Shown here piece after piece: positions 41,495 to 56,724 of a stretch of DNA of 64,000 nucleotides. The stretch is from the human T2T-CHM13v2.0 reference genome, Homo sapiens: the NCBI RefSeq assembly GCF_009914755.1, contig NC_060928.1. One strand, given 5' to 3'. The notes under the pieces are model-generated. The model was not told where the DNA came from, did not search any database, and saw only the letters and a list, made by a program, of their open reading frames with translations. Numbering within the stretch: the first letter of the stretch is position 1; every line of letters begins with the position of its first letter. Position numbers and translations under genes: made by a program.

Positions 41495-42189
41495 TGCTCT
41501 TTGTTATTTCTTTTTTTCTATTGATTTTGGGTTTAGTTTGCTCTTGCTTTTCTAGTTCTTTAAGAGGCATTGTTGGGTTGTTTATTTGAAGTTATATCTC
41601 CTTTTTTTAAGGTAGATACTTATAAATACAAACTTCCCTTTTAGTACTGCTTTTGGTGTATCTCATAGGCAGGTTTGGGTGTGTTGTGTTTCCATTACCA
41701 GTTGTTTCAAAGATTTTTAAATTTTCTTCTTAATTTTTTCATTGACCCACTAGTCATTCAGGAGCACATTGTTTAATTTTCATGTATTTGTATCGCTTCT
41801 AAAACTTATCTTGGTATTGATTCCTAGTTTTATTTTATTTTCATCAGAGTAGATATTTGATTTAAAATCTACTATAATAATTTTTGAAAAGTTTTACAAC
41901 ATTTTTTGCGACTTCTCTTATGGTCTATCCTTGAGAATTATCCATGTGCTGAGGAGAACGATGCATATGCTGTAGCCATTGGATGAAATGTTCTGTAAAT
42001 ATCTATTAGGTCCATTTGGTCTACAGTGCCATTTAAGTTCAACGTTTCTTTGTTCGATTGTCTGTCTGGATGATCTGCCTAACACTAAAAGTGGAATGTT
42101 GAAGTCTCCAGCTATTATTGTATTGGGATCTATCTCTCTCTTTAGCTCTGATAAAATTTCCTTTATATATCTTGGTGTTCCAGTGTTGA

Positions 42190-42193
<4 letters not shown>

Positions 42194-42242
<49 letters not shown>

Positions 42243-42254
42243 TATATATATATA
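42194..42254 (+). repeat. (TA)n microsatellite inside L1
   Basis: Seen directly, one CACA interruption. Confidence 0.95.
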
Positions 42255-42697
42255 ATATTTACTACTGATATATCTTCTAGCTGAATTTATCTATTTATTA
42301 TAATTTATGACCATACTTGTGTCTTTTTATATTTTTATCTTAATAGCTATTTTTCCTCATATAATTATAAATACCCTTGCATTTTTGGTTTCTATATTCA
42401 TGAAATATATGTTTACATTCCTTTATTTTCAGTCTACATTTGTATTTATAATTGAATGTGCTTCTTGTAGGCAACAGATTGTTGGGTCATTTTTTTTAAT
42501 CCATTAAGCCACTGTATGTCTTTTTTTGTAGAATTGAATCCATTTACACTCAATGCTATTATTGATAAGTAAGGACTTCCTCCTGCCACTTTGTTTTTTC
42601 TTTTCTGATTGTTTTGTGGTCAACTCTTACTTCTTTCCCTCCTTCTGGTCTTTTAGTGATGGTGGTTTTCTCTGGTGGTACATTTTAATTTCTTGTT

Positions 42698-42699
<2 letters not shown>

Positions 42700-42735
<36 letters not shown>
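42700..42735 (+). repeat. (TG)n microsatellite inside L1
   Basis: Seen directly. Confidence 0.95.
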
Positions 42736-42738
<3 letters not shown>

Positions 42739-43018
42739 AACTGTATGTTTTTTGATTTGGGGTTAACATGATGCTTGCAAACAATATAATATATCCCATT
42801 ATTTTTAAAAGATGACAACAGTGGATAAACAAAAAAACTAATAAACAAAAAGAGAAAACTAATGAAAACTCTACACTTTTTAACTCCATCTTCCCACTTT
42901 TTAACTTTCTGTTGTTTCTATTTATATCTTACTGTACTATCCATGTCTTAAAAAATTGTTGTAATTATTATTTTTAATTGGTTCATCTTTTAGTCTTTTC
43001 TACTTAAGATATAAATAG

Positions 43019-43381
<363 letters not shown>

Positions 43382-44872
43382 TAAGTTAGTTTTATACTTT
43401 CAGATGGTCTCCTCTTGATCAATAATTTTCTTTTCTTTCAGACTGATGAACTTCCTTTAGCATTTCCTGTTGAAAAGGTCTTGTGTTGATGAAATCCCTC
43501 AGCTTTTGTTTGTCTAGGAAAGTATTTCACTTTCATTTTGAAGGTTATTTTTACCTTTATTCTAGGATAAAAGTTCTTTTTTTTTCCTTCAATACTTTAA
43601 ATATGCTATGTCACTCTCTCCTGGCCTGTAAGTTTTCCACTAAAAAGTCTGCTGTCAGATGTATTGGAGCTCCATTATATGTTATTTGTTTCTTTTCTCT
43701 TGCTGCTTCTATGATTCATTCATTATCCTTGACCTTTCACAGTTTGATTATTAAATGTCTTGAGGTAGTCTTATTTGGATTTAATCTGCTTGCTGTTCTA
43801 CAATTTCTTGTACCTGAATACTGATATCTTTCTCTAGGTTTGTGAATTTCTCTGTTATTATCCTTTGGAATAAACTTTCTACCCCTGTCTCTCTACCTAC
43901 TCTTTAAGACCAATAACTCTTAAATTTGCGCTTTTGAGGCTATTTTATAGATCTTGTAGGCACATCATCCTTTTTAATTCTTTTTTCTTTGGTTCTCTCT
44001 GTGAATTTTCATATACCCTGTTTTCAAGATCACTGATTCTTCTGTTTGGGCAATTCTGCTGTTATGAGACTCTGATTCATTCTTCTGTGTGTCTATTGCA
44101 TTTTTCAACTCTAGAATTTCTGCTTGATTCTTTTAAATTATTTCAATCTTTTTATTTTAGTTTATCTGGTAAGATTCTCAATTTCTTCTCTGTGTTATCT
44201 TCAACTCCATAGAGTTTCCTCAAAACAGCTATTTTGAATTCACTTTCTGGAAGGTCATATATCTCTTTCTCTCCAAGATTAGCCATTGATACCTTATTGT
44301 GTTTGTTTTGTGAGGTCATGTTTTCCTGGATGGTCTTGATGCTTTTGAATATCAATGGTGTCTGTGAATTGAGGAGTCATGGATTTACTGTATGTAATCT
44401 TTGCAGTCTGTGCTTGTTTATACCTGCCCTTTTTGGGAAAATTTTCCAAGTCTTCAAAGGGATTTGAGTTTTGTGATCTAAGCTTTTGGTCGCTGCAGCC
44501 ATATCTGCATTAAGGGACATCCCAAGCCCAGTAACGCTGTGATTCTTCCAGACTTGTAGAGGTACCACTTTGATGGTCTTGGATAATATCTAGAGTATTT
44601 CTCTGAATTACTAGGCAGAGAATCTTGTTCTCTTCCCTTTCTTTCACCCAAATAAATGGAGGCACCCTCTCTGTGCTGAGGTGCCTGGAGCTCCCAGAAA
44701 GGTGACAAAAGCACCACTATAGCCACAACCACTGAGACTGTGCTGGGTCAGATCTGAAGCCAACACAGCACTGAGTGTCACCAAGGCCTGACGTAACCAC
44801 TACCTGGCTACTGCGTATGTTTGCTCAAGGCCCCAGGGCTCTATAATCAGCAGGTGGTAAAGACAGCAATGC

Positions 44873-46631
44873 ATTTATCTAATGATCAGTGATGTTGAGC
44901 TTCTCTTCAAGTTTGTTGGCCACATAAATGTCTTCTTTTGAGGTGTCCATTCATGTCCTTTGTCCACTTTTTAATGGGGTTATCTGTTTTTTTCTTGTAT
45001 TTTTTAAGTTCCTTGTAGATTTTGGATATTAGACCTTTGTCAGATGAACAGATTGCAAAAATTTTCTCCCATTCTGTAGGTTGTCTGTTCACTCTGATGA
45101 TAGTTTCTTTTGCTGTGCAGAGGCTCTTTAGTTTAATTAGATCCTATTTTTTCTTTGGTTGAAATTGTTTTTCACGTTTTCATCATGAAATCTTTGCCCA
45201 AGTCTATGTCTTTAATGATATTGCCTGGATTTTCTTCTAGGGTTTTTACAGTTTCGGGTTTTACATTTAAGTATTTAATCCATCTTGAGTTAATTTTTGA
45301 ATAAGGTGTAAGGAGGTGTCCAGTTTCAATTTTCTGCATATGACTAGCCAGTTTTTCCAGCACCATTTATTAAATAGGGAATCCTTACTCCGTTGCTTGT
45401 TTTTGTCAGATTTGTTGAAGATCAGATGTTTGTAGATATATGGTCTTATTTCTGAATTCTCTCTTCTGTTCCACTGGTCTATGTGGCTGTTTTTGTACAA
45501 GTACCATTTTTTTTTTTATTACTGTAGCCTTCTAATATAGTTTAAAGTTGGGTAGAGTGATACCTCTAGCTTTGTTCTTTTTGCTCAGGATTGTCTTAGC
45601 TATATGTCCTTTTTTTGGTTCCATGTGAATTTTAAACTATTTTTTTCTAATTCTGTGAAGAATGTCAATAGTAGTTTAATGGGAATAGCATTGAATCTAT
45701 AAATTACTTTGTACAGCATGGCCATTTTCATGATATTGATTCTTTCTATCCATGAGCATGGAATATTTTTGTATTTGTTTGTGACCTCTATGATTTCCCT
45801 GAGCAGTAATTTGCAGTTCTCCTTGAAAAGGTCCTTCACTTCCCTTGTTAGATGTTTTCCTAGGTATTTTAATATTTTGTAGCAATGAGATACTATCTCA
45901 CACCAGTCAGAATGGTGATCATTAAAAAGTCAAGAAACAACAGAGGCTGGCAAGGTTGTGGAGAAACAGGAATGCTTTTACACTTTTGGTGGAAATGTAA
46001 ATTAGTTTAACCATTGTGGAAGACAGTGTGTGGTGATTCCTCAAAGACCTAGAATCAGAAATACCATTTGATCCAGAAATCCCATTACTGGGTATATGCC
46101 CAAAGGAATATAAATCATTCTATTATAAAGATACATGCATACGTATGTTGACTGCCACACTATTCACAATAGCAAAGACGTAGTATCATGTCCATGATCA
46201 TCAATGATAGACTGAATAAATAAAATGTGGTACATATACATTGTGGAATGCTATGCAGCCATAAAAAGGAACAAGATTACGTCCTTTGCAGGAACATGGA
46301 TGGAGCTGGACTCTATTATCCTCAGCAAACTAACACAAGAACAGAAAACCAAATGTTGCATGTTCTCACTTATAAGTGGAAGCTGAACAATGAGAACACA
46401 TGGACACAGGGAGAAAAAAAAACACACACTGGGGCTTGTCAGGGGAGGGGCTGGGAGAAGGAGAAAATCAGGATACATAGCTAACACATGTAGGGCTTAA
46501 TATCTAGGTGATGGGTTGACGGGTGCAGCAAACCACCATGGCACATGTTTACCTATGTAACAAACCTGCACGTCCTGCATATGTATCCCAGAACCTAAAA
46601 TTAAGTTAAATTAAATTTAAAAAAAAAAGAA
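44873..46631 (+). mobile_element. 5'-truncated, 5'-inverted L1PA (about L1PA10-13): 44873-45886 minus, 45883-46631 plus with poly-A
   Basis: Minus ORF2 remnants (IDQWNR, WCWKNW, NIPCSWI); plus 3'UTR CAAACCACCATGGCACATGTTTACCTATGTAACAAACCTGCAC; TSD AAAGAC(AG/GA)CAATGC at 44859-44872 and 46632-46645. Confidence 0.9.
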
Positions 46632-48057
46632 AAAGACGACAATGCTTGTGTCCTTTCCTTTAGGGCTGCATGTTTCCTTTATTACTCAGTAGGTCCAGAG
46701 ATGCCATCTGGGAACCAGGGCCTAGAGTTGAAAACCTTGAGTCTACCTGGTGCTTTATTCTACTGTGGCTAAACTTACATCTAAGCCACTAAACTTTCAA
46801 CTTTTCCCTTCCCTTTACACAGTCAGAGAAGTTACTCCTCATGGCCACCATCACTGCAGCTCCATGGTGAGTACTTCCTGGCTATTGCCAATATTCACTC
46901 AAGGCCCAAGGGCTCTCCGCTCAGTGTGTAGTGAATGCTGCAAGGTGTGAGACTCTCCAGTGCAGTGGATTCCCCTCTGGCCCAGGGCAGGTCTAGAAAT
47001 GCAATCCAAGAGCCAAGCCCTAGAATCAGGGACTGTAAGAACCCACTCAGTGCTCTACTCCACTTGGGTTAAGCCGGTACCTAAGCTAATATCTGGTTCT
47101 TATGAAAGTGCTTATTTGGTGTTCCTGCCGGGAAGAAAATTAGTGGAGGCTTTTGTTCGACTGTCTTTCTCTGTCTCCATCTCAGGGGTGTCTTTTGGGG
47201 AGCAATAAAAGTACTCTCTTATTCCTTGTCACAGAAAAAAGAAAAAAAAGAAGTATTTGAGAACAGGAGAATATTCACAAAGAGCAGCATCAAGTCCTTC
47301 CTTATTTCTTCCATTAGAAAGGAGGTTTCAAGTCGAAATGTGGTTATTTTTTGCTGGTGCATTGGATCTGTTCCAGTCCACTGAGTGACACAGAGAGAGA
47401 CACATTTTACAGTCCCTGTACTTTCTCTTACAATTCAGCCAGGTTTTATGTGGGGCAGAAAAGAACCAAGTTCATCTCAGGAAAATAATAAAGGAGGGGT
47501 GGCTATTATTCCTAACTGAATAAAACTAGAACCATGTAAAAAGGAAAAAGACCATTAGCTCAGTATGGGTTAACTGATTCACTGAAGAAAAATGTTTATC
47601 ACTGAAGCTGTGCTTACTTCACATGAGAAATAACTCTCACTACTGGGAAGGCAGGCTAGAAAGTGGGTCACTTGCATTAGATCTAATTCTTGGAACTGTT
47701 TATTTTCTTTTGAGCCCAAGAAGATTGAGAAAATATTTTTATAATTGTGTGGCCCAAACCTAAAGAACTGCTTAAAGTAACAGGAAACAAGGAGGTTCCA
47801 AAAGGTGAAACGCCTTCCAATGGGGAAAGTTAGAAGTTTTATCAAGGAAAACTATGTGTTAAGAGTGATGACAGACTGTAAAAGGGGACGATTTGTGGGT
47901 GGGGTGATACCACAGGTCAAGATAGAGCTATCCACTAAGCATTCTGTCATCACCTGAGTGTAAGGCTGAAAATCTCCTTCTATTCTGCAACGTAGTGGAA
48001 TGTCCATAATGTCAACTTCTTCAGATGTTATTCCTCATACACATTTGTGATTGCCTT

Positions 48058-48081
48058 GAGAGAGAGAGAGAGAGAGAGAGA
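48058..48081 (+). repeat. (GA)n microsatellite
   Basis: Seen directly. Confidence 0.95.
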
Positions 48082-49715
48082 GGCTTGATGTTTGTGATTG
48101 CTTTGACATAATAAAGAACTTATGTTTCTAATATATATTGAACTTAATCTGGAGCATAAAGTCTCTTACAAGTTGTTGGGACAAAAAGTGGAGATGGGTT
48201 AATAAAACTAATTTCCAAGAAATCTTTGTTGGAAAAATAAAAAACAAAAAAAATTTGGCTGTTTTTCATTAAATATAATTTGGCATATTCCAGTGTCATT
48301 TAAAATGAAAAAGAAATTGACCATCCGGGTGACTGCAGTAAAATTTCAGGCATTTCATATTTGTAAATACATTGATAGTCACTCTTCCACCCACTTCAAA
48401 ATTAATAGTTGGTCCTTTGGGATAAAAAAAAGTGATTGATTCCTGCACAACCAGTTCATAATAACAATCATCCAGTTCTCAGGAGTCAGAAGGCAAACAG
48501 GAACCATACTGCTCTACTCACATAGTCTCCTTTCTCCTTCTATCACTAAATCCATTCACAGATGAATGCACTAAAAAGAAATAAGATCAATCTCCTTTTT
48601 CAATTAGCTATGACAAAATACCTCTTGCTTTCACATGTAGAAAGTCAATACAGAAATGTCAAATTATTATAAGCATTTTACTTGTTATTGTTAACAAATA
48701 TATATTTTAACACCATTATGTCTATTGATTTTTAAGACTAGCAGAATCCTATTAATTATTCAATTTTTTACATACTGTCTATTAAAACATCTGTGTATTT
48801 ATACAGTTAGAAATATTTGAATTGTCGGTTAAATTTTATATAAAATTTAGGATGTCCAAAATAAGTTATGCTAAATAATATTACTCTATGATAAGTAATA
48901 TTAAATATTAAATATAAAATAAAATATTACTCTATGATAAGTAAGACTTGACATCACTGTCAATGACAGAACAATTCTGATTAAGAACAACTACAAATAG
49001 GAAAAGGTAAGTCAGCCATATAAATACTCATAGAAAAGATTATATGTGTCTAGTCACTTTGATTTTCATTTTCCAGTTCTTCCTTCAAAGCCAATAACTC
49101 TCAGCTGCCTAAAAGTTTAATAAATCATGTTGATCATTTTAAAGAACTAGGTCACAGTTTTATTTGCTTTCTTTATTTATTTTACAGTTTTTGTTTTTCA
49201 GATTTTTCTCTAATTTATATATATACTGCAATGGTGTTCGTTTTTTTTCTGCCATTTAATTGTCTTTGTATTATTTTATTATTTACAAACATCTTAAATT
49301 CTTTCATTAATTCTATTAAATTGGCTTTATAATAATATACTTAAACCTATGCATTTTATTGAATAGAGCCTTGGTCATGTACTATGGTTTAACAACACGC
49401 AATGATTTAAACTTTATTAATGTCTAAACTATTTAAAACTTAATTTGGCATATCCTTTACAAAGTAAATAATGTTTAGATTATTAAAATGTTTTTAAACA
49501 ATTATTTTCTTATAGTTATTTGTGCTGATTTACTGTTTTAAGGCATTGTTTTATAGTAAGTTATATACAAGTTTTATACTTTTACCATATGAAAACATTT
49601 CTCTGACTAGATAATGTATGCCAGTGTCTATAAATGTTTATATATTTTTATGATAACAGCTTTTAGATATCTTCATTTTTGTCTCACTCATCATTAGACC
49701 TGGGATAGACTTCGC

Positions 49716-49762
49716 AAAAACAAAACAAAACAAAACAAAACAAAACAAACAAAAAACAAAAC
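49716..49762 (+). repeat. (AAAAC)n microsatellite
   Basis: Seen directly. Confidence 0.92.
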
Positions 49763-52232
49763 CAAGAAACAAGAGACATTAATATTTCTTGAAAAAAATA
49801 ACTATACTCTTCATTTTTCTATTTTTACTAATAACTGAACTTAGTGAACAGATATGAAAGAATGAATCAATAAACTAAATTATATCTTACAAATAGCTAA
49901 TTAATGTTTGATAATAACATAGCAACGTATAAAGAAAACCTGCATACTTAACAAGACATCTACAAATAGGCAGTTTCTGATGCTGGGTTCAGCATCCCTA
50001 TGTTCTCTTGGACTTATCAGTCATATGAGATTGCCAGAGATCTAGTTATTAATTTATTTTCTAAGTGTGAATGAGAAGGCTACCTGCCCCTTTTACTTAT
50101 TAAGAAGGCTAAAACATTCTTAGCATGTTCACAGTAGAGATACACTTAGATTTCATTCATCAAAATCCGGCACATATTTTCTTCTTTCTTCAAATATTTC
50201 ACCTTTTCATCCTAAAGTTTTCAAGGATGAGGAGAGTTAGAGTGGCAATTAATCTAGCCAATATCTGTGTGTTAGCATTATTTTAAACGTGTCCTTAGAC
50301 CAAATTAAATTGATTTTCTGGCTATGTGTGTTTCTGTAGCTTATTATAACTTTCTAGAAACAAAGACAAAAAATGAGGAGAAATTGTGATTTCAGCACAA
50401 TTGAATAAATTTTCATTTAACATCCACTATTGTACTATGCATTATAAATATATTTATTTCTGTGTCTGCAAAAATGTAGCTAAAACATGTCTTTTAGTTC
50501 AATTCTCTAAATGACTCCTTTTGTAAACCATTTCACACAAGGCATTCTCTGCCATAAGTGAGAATAAAGAAAGCTTCTTCATTCTATTTCCTCTTTATTT
50601 CTCCAAAGCATATTAAAGTTCATAATACAGTTATCTTGCTCGAATAGTAAGAAGTTTGTGATGTCAATGCAACATAAATGCTTATGTTTTCTAGCCTAAT
50701 TTTGGCTAGAAAACTGCAAATGCAGTTAGCAGCTCTTCTCTTCTGCCTCACTGGTATTTAAAAATCTGGAAGAATATTCAATACTCTCCCCAACCCCCTG
50801 ACTGCTTAATATAATATATTCATCAAACAAGTATATGCTTGGTTCAGCACAAAATGGAAAACTTAGATGAAAAGGGAGTATTAGGCAGTCTTTTTAACAT
50901 ATTTCTTTATCATAGGTACATACAAAGCTCTTCTTGATCCATAAGTTATCATCCTGGTGAGTTGCTATAAATATGCATGAAGGGACTGATCCCAGAGTAG
51001 CAGATTAATTACCTCTTGTATGATTTTGTGCATGTGTGTAAGAATAGTTTTATTTTATTCATTCAAGAAACATTGATTGAATTTTTTTTTTCTGTCTTAA
51101 GAAATAAGCTGTATTCTACGATGAATAAGACATTGGCACTATTCCTAGGGACTGAGGTTTAGATAACCAAGAGTTTGAAACCAAGAAACTAGTTTGAAAA
51201 AAATGATCCCTGTAGATCATTGGAGGCATTGTTTGAAAAGTACTAAAGATAATTACTCAGTAGTATAATAACTTGAATAAAGATTTGTAAAATCTGAAAT
51301 GTGATATATTTACAGTTAATACAAGGAATCTCGTGTTTTAATTTAATTATTTTAATCCTTTTATTTTTCACATACTTGTGTGTGTGTGAAAATCATGGAG
51401 ATTTAAATAATGTAGTTTCTTTGTTTTCTTTATTGTGTATATTTTAGAGTTTTCAGTAATGCAATTAAATTGCCAATTTTGTTTGTCAAAATCTTCTAAT
51501 GTACTTTAAGCCATATGCTAGATTACCAGGCCCTCACCTTGTGTTATGTAGTCTATATGTGTCACTGTCAATAATAACTGCTGTTAGAGCTAAATTTGCA
51601 AAAGGTGAATTGGGTAAAAACACTGACTTGGAGTTACTTACTGTCATTTGTGCAACTCATTTTTTTAGGATAAGAAGAAAATCTATTTATAAAATACAAG
51701 ATAGTTTTTTATTCTTAGTTTATTATGAAGGAAATAAAGGCTACACGAATGCTCAGAATCCTAAAAGATATTTGACAGACTGGAATTTCAAGATTTTTCT
51801 CAAAGGGTCACCAAATATTGATTTTTACATTATTTCACTTAGCTATATACAAAGGGCAAAGCATGTCTTCTGATTATTTCCACACATTCTGCTCCTAAAA
51901 CCTGTAGACCCTATTCTTCAATTCAGGAAACCTTGGAAGAGACATGATTTCTTTCCAGCAGAAATAACTGTCCAAATAAAATGTGTTCAACTGGGGTGTT
52001 CACTTAAGTTAAAGACAGGTTTCCAGCTGATACAGATGATTGTTCTAGCTGATATGTTTGATTGCTCTTGTGTAGGCAATTACAAGACCACAAGGAGAAG
52101 CACAAAGAGTCTGACTTCCAATCACAACCTGACTGTGGGCATGCCCAAATCTGACAGACTTTGATGGAGGAAACCTTGAGTGAAAGATTTCAAAAATAAA
52201 CCCTCAAAGAGAATAGTTATAGTGGTATTTAG

Positions 52233-52234
<2 letters not shown>

Positions 52235-52270
<36 letters not shown>
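52235..52270 (+). repeat. (AC)18 microsatellite
   Basis: Seen directly. Confidence 0.95.
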
Positions 52271-52273
<3 letters not shown>

Positions 52274-52299
52274 GAGAGTGCAAGCAAAATAAACCTTCA

Positions 52300-52654
<355 letters not shown>

Positions 52655-55594
52655 GAAAGGGTGAAAGGTGGAGCGGGAGACAAGGAGCAAGGGACACTGA
52701 CTTAAAAGAAGAAACATGGAATCAGATTTTGCATAGGGCCCTAGTTCCTTAGGGCAAGCTTATTTCTGCAAGGAAATTCCTGGACTCTCTCTCTTCACCT
52801 TCTCTCTCTTCTTGCCTTTCTACATCTAAGCTGTTAAAATGTAAGATAACCATGGTTTTCCCCAAATTTCATTTATCACAGTCCATTGAATTAATGAAAA
52901 TTTGGTCTATTATGGAGAATTTGTTTTTATTTCTGTTGTTTGATTTTACTTTGAGGTTGATATTTCACAAGTACCAATCTGATAAACTATAAAGGATAGA
53001 GGTAATAGGCATCTTTCAGGATTTTATTTGTAATTTTGACTTCTGATCCATTTCTCCCAATATGTGTAGCTATTTATAGCATTTAGTAAGAGAGAAAATG
53101 CTGCCATACATTCTCTATTATTAATATTTTATAAGTAGTCTATGTTTTTGGAGTTTTAATATATGTTTTTTGTTGTTTTGCTTACATGTTTTCTCTATAT
53201 CTTTTTCTTAAAGTCCTATAATAATTTCTACTGTTCAATAGACAATAATATTTCTTCTCTGGGATTTATTGAAGGAGAATGCCATTTCAAAATCTAGAAA
53301 AATGTGAAAGTTTAATGATAAAGAATCTTTCTTACTTACTTTAGGCCCATTATATAACTTATCTTATTTGAATAAAAATTCATTGCAATCATCAACACCA
53401 CTTTGAAACTAGATGTTTTTTCAAAGAAAAACTAATTGTAAAGCTGTAGAAGGCAATTTTTATCAAATTGTGCTGTGTTTATTTTATGTTAGAAAAACTA
53501 TTTGAGATAATTCTTTAAATTTCATTTATAATTTTCAATGGGTATGCTAGATGATAGTAGCCACAAATTGGAAATTAGAAGTAGAATGAAGAGAACTTCA
53601 TATTTTCCAAAATAATCTTCCAATTAAAATCAAATATAAAAATATAATACGAAGTAAATTTGGAGGTTTTACAAATGACTGAAACTATAATTTCAACTGA
53701 AACCATCAAAGCCATGAAGTAAAGTGTTCTCACAAATAAAATTAAAAGACAGCACCTTCAGTGTTTTCTGAAGGTACATTTTATCTGAGCATACATGAAA
53801 CCACCAAAGTGAGAGGGACTCACATGTGTAACCTTAAATTAGTTGGCCACGCCACTTTTTGGATTATCACTCATCATGAACTGACATTTTTCATAGTTTG
53901 CAACTGATGAAAATCCAGAATTGACCTCAATATGTTGGTTTGTAGAAACCACACACCATGAAAATACCAGCTGGTGCTGATCTGAACCAACAAAATGAAA
54001 TAGGAATAAATGCTTTTATTTCAGTTTTAATTGGATTCTTTGCTCACGGGTGGAAGAAACAGTTGCAAAGTTTTCAACAAAAGCTAGATAGAGAATTAAG
54101 TAGACAGAAAGATGATATTTTGAGGGAAATCACACTCCAAAAAGTGCCCTCTTCAGTAGTCCCCATGCAGAGGACACTTGCTCGATAGTACTTCTGCTTG
54201 AAAACTTGAGGTGCTTTTTCAAGTTAAGGATTTTATAATAGAAAAGCTCAGAATTAACAGCACTAATTTAATGAAAGCATAGAAAAAATGGTTACCCTAT
54301 TATTATAACCTTATAAAATTTATCCCTTATTATTTAAATAGAATCAATACATGTCTCAGAAACAAAAAATTCCTTAAAGACATCTTGCTTTAACATCTTC
54401 CTATAACTTATTTTACTACTTAGGAAACACAGACTGAAAAAAATTACTGTGCAATATATACTCAATGTAACTATTATTGGTGGCATGACTGAGACCAATA
54501 TCCACATGCCATAAACTCTCAACCAAGACTTTTGTATGGCAACATGTTGCTGCTCTCTAGGAAAATGCCAATATAATTTTTATAGGGAATTAGCAAAAGA
54601 GCAGGGTTTCTTTATATACAATTAACAATAGAGCGGCATTATCCATTAAATCCAAGAGAAGAAATATTATTATCTATTGAACAGTAGAAGTTATTATACG
54701 ACTTTAAGAAAAAGATATAGAGAAAACATGTAAGCACAACAACAAAAAACATAAATTAAAACTCAAAAAACATAGACTACTTATAAAATATGATTACATT
54801 TTAAACAGAGGAATATTTATATATATTCATCTACTTACCACTGTAAAATTGAATCACTGAAATATTTGATTGTTGTAAGCATGTGCATTTCTATGTATTA
54901 ATGAATGTGTTAAGTAATGATGTCATTTCTATGTTTATCCACAGAACATTTTGATTTTGATTGATAGATTTTAGTGCCACATTAATACCATCATGCCTGA
55001 TTAAAAGTTTTAGCCTATTTTTCATCCTTATAACTATAAATACCTCGACATGTATTCTTTAATCTTTGACCTTGAAATTTTTGGTAAGACAGTAATTTAT
55101 AGAATCATTTTGAATATTAAAATATATTCTTTGCATTATTTAGGCAACATATTATTTTCATTTAAAGCTATTTAAAATTTCAACAACTCATATATCTACA
55201 CATGACTCCCCATTGCATAAAAGTTACAACAGTCTCCCAAGGAATTTAGATATGTGGTAGTAAAACATGACTTGTCATATTGCCATCATATTATAGACTA
55301 AAGGGAAAAGGTTTCTGACAATTTTATATGAAAAAATAGTGTGATATTCAATAAGGAAAAATCCTTTTAGATGTTTTTAATGTAGAAAAATATCTTTGTA
55401 TGTATTTTTATCAAGTTTTATGAAAAGAATGAGTGTGAAGATTGAATAAAATATTTCCAAACAAACAAAATCACTTTGTCATTTTTAAAATGAAGTATGT
55501 GTTCACTTATTTGAAATTTTCCTGATAATTTTTTTATGGTGTTGTCCAGTTCACAGAAAGGCATAAAACTTTCATAAAGTTGTGAGGTAGGCAA

Positions 55595-55881
<287 letters not shown>

Positions 55882-56724
55882 AACAAATTTTTCTACAGAG
55901 GCTCTCATGATTACTGCTTTGGTGGGGGGGCCAGGGGGAGGGCGAAAAAGCCACTTGTTGGTCAACTAAAGAGCCATCTCAACCAACACCACTTAATAGA
56001 TCATTCCAATTCATTGACCTTTCTGTTTCTTTATGAACATTAGAGTGGCTTTTTAAAATTGGGATGTTGATTAACAAAACAAACAAAACATAAACATCAA
56101 ACAAATAACAGGACCTGGGAATGAATTTAAGCGTTATGCCTGATAAATTTGAATTTGAGTAGCTTCTCCCTAAACTAATTCTGAAATGTTAGGTTAGCCA
56201 CATCACCTTTGAGAACTCGATTTCCTCTTCTTTGAAATAGGGATAAATATCACAGCCAGTTAATATCGTGATAAGTGATGTGGATTATACTGAATACATA
56301 TAAACAACAATTGTATCTATCTAGGTAGTACTGGATACAGGATTAATATCATCCCCAAGTCCATAATCTTTCCATTATATATGATGAATGGCACACACGG
56401 CACATTTGTTAATTTCACTGCAACCAGGAGACACAATACTAATGTCACAACGGTCTTTTCTGATGAGCTTTAATACAATGCTAGAATCCCATTTCTGTAA
56501 CTGGATTAGCAACAACAATAAAAAAAACCTAGTTAATAACTACACTATGCGATGCCAAATTCTTCCAAAGTTTCCTCATCTCTTCCTAAATAAAATATAA
56601 TTGTTTAAATGAAAGAAATGTTGAAGCCAAGATCATCTTTCATTAATCTTTACATCAGTCCAAACTCTTCCTAAACTAATTTCTGATTCCATATTTGTTA
56701 AATCTCATGATTTATGTGTTATTT

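Noticed and set aside
49000-49012. GGAAAAGGTAAGT identical to the donor context at 33588-33600
   Set aside because: 13-bp matches are expected by chance in 64 kb, and no clear upstream acceptor
51499-51873. 124-aa ORF
   Set aside because: No recognisable domain, AT-rich codon composition, no exon context; length plausible by chance
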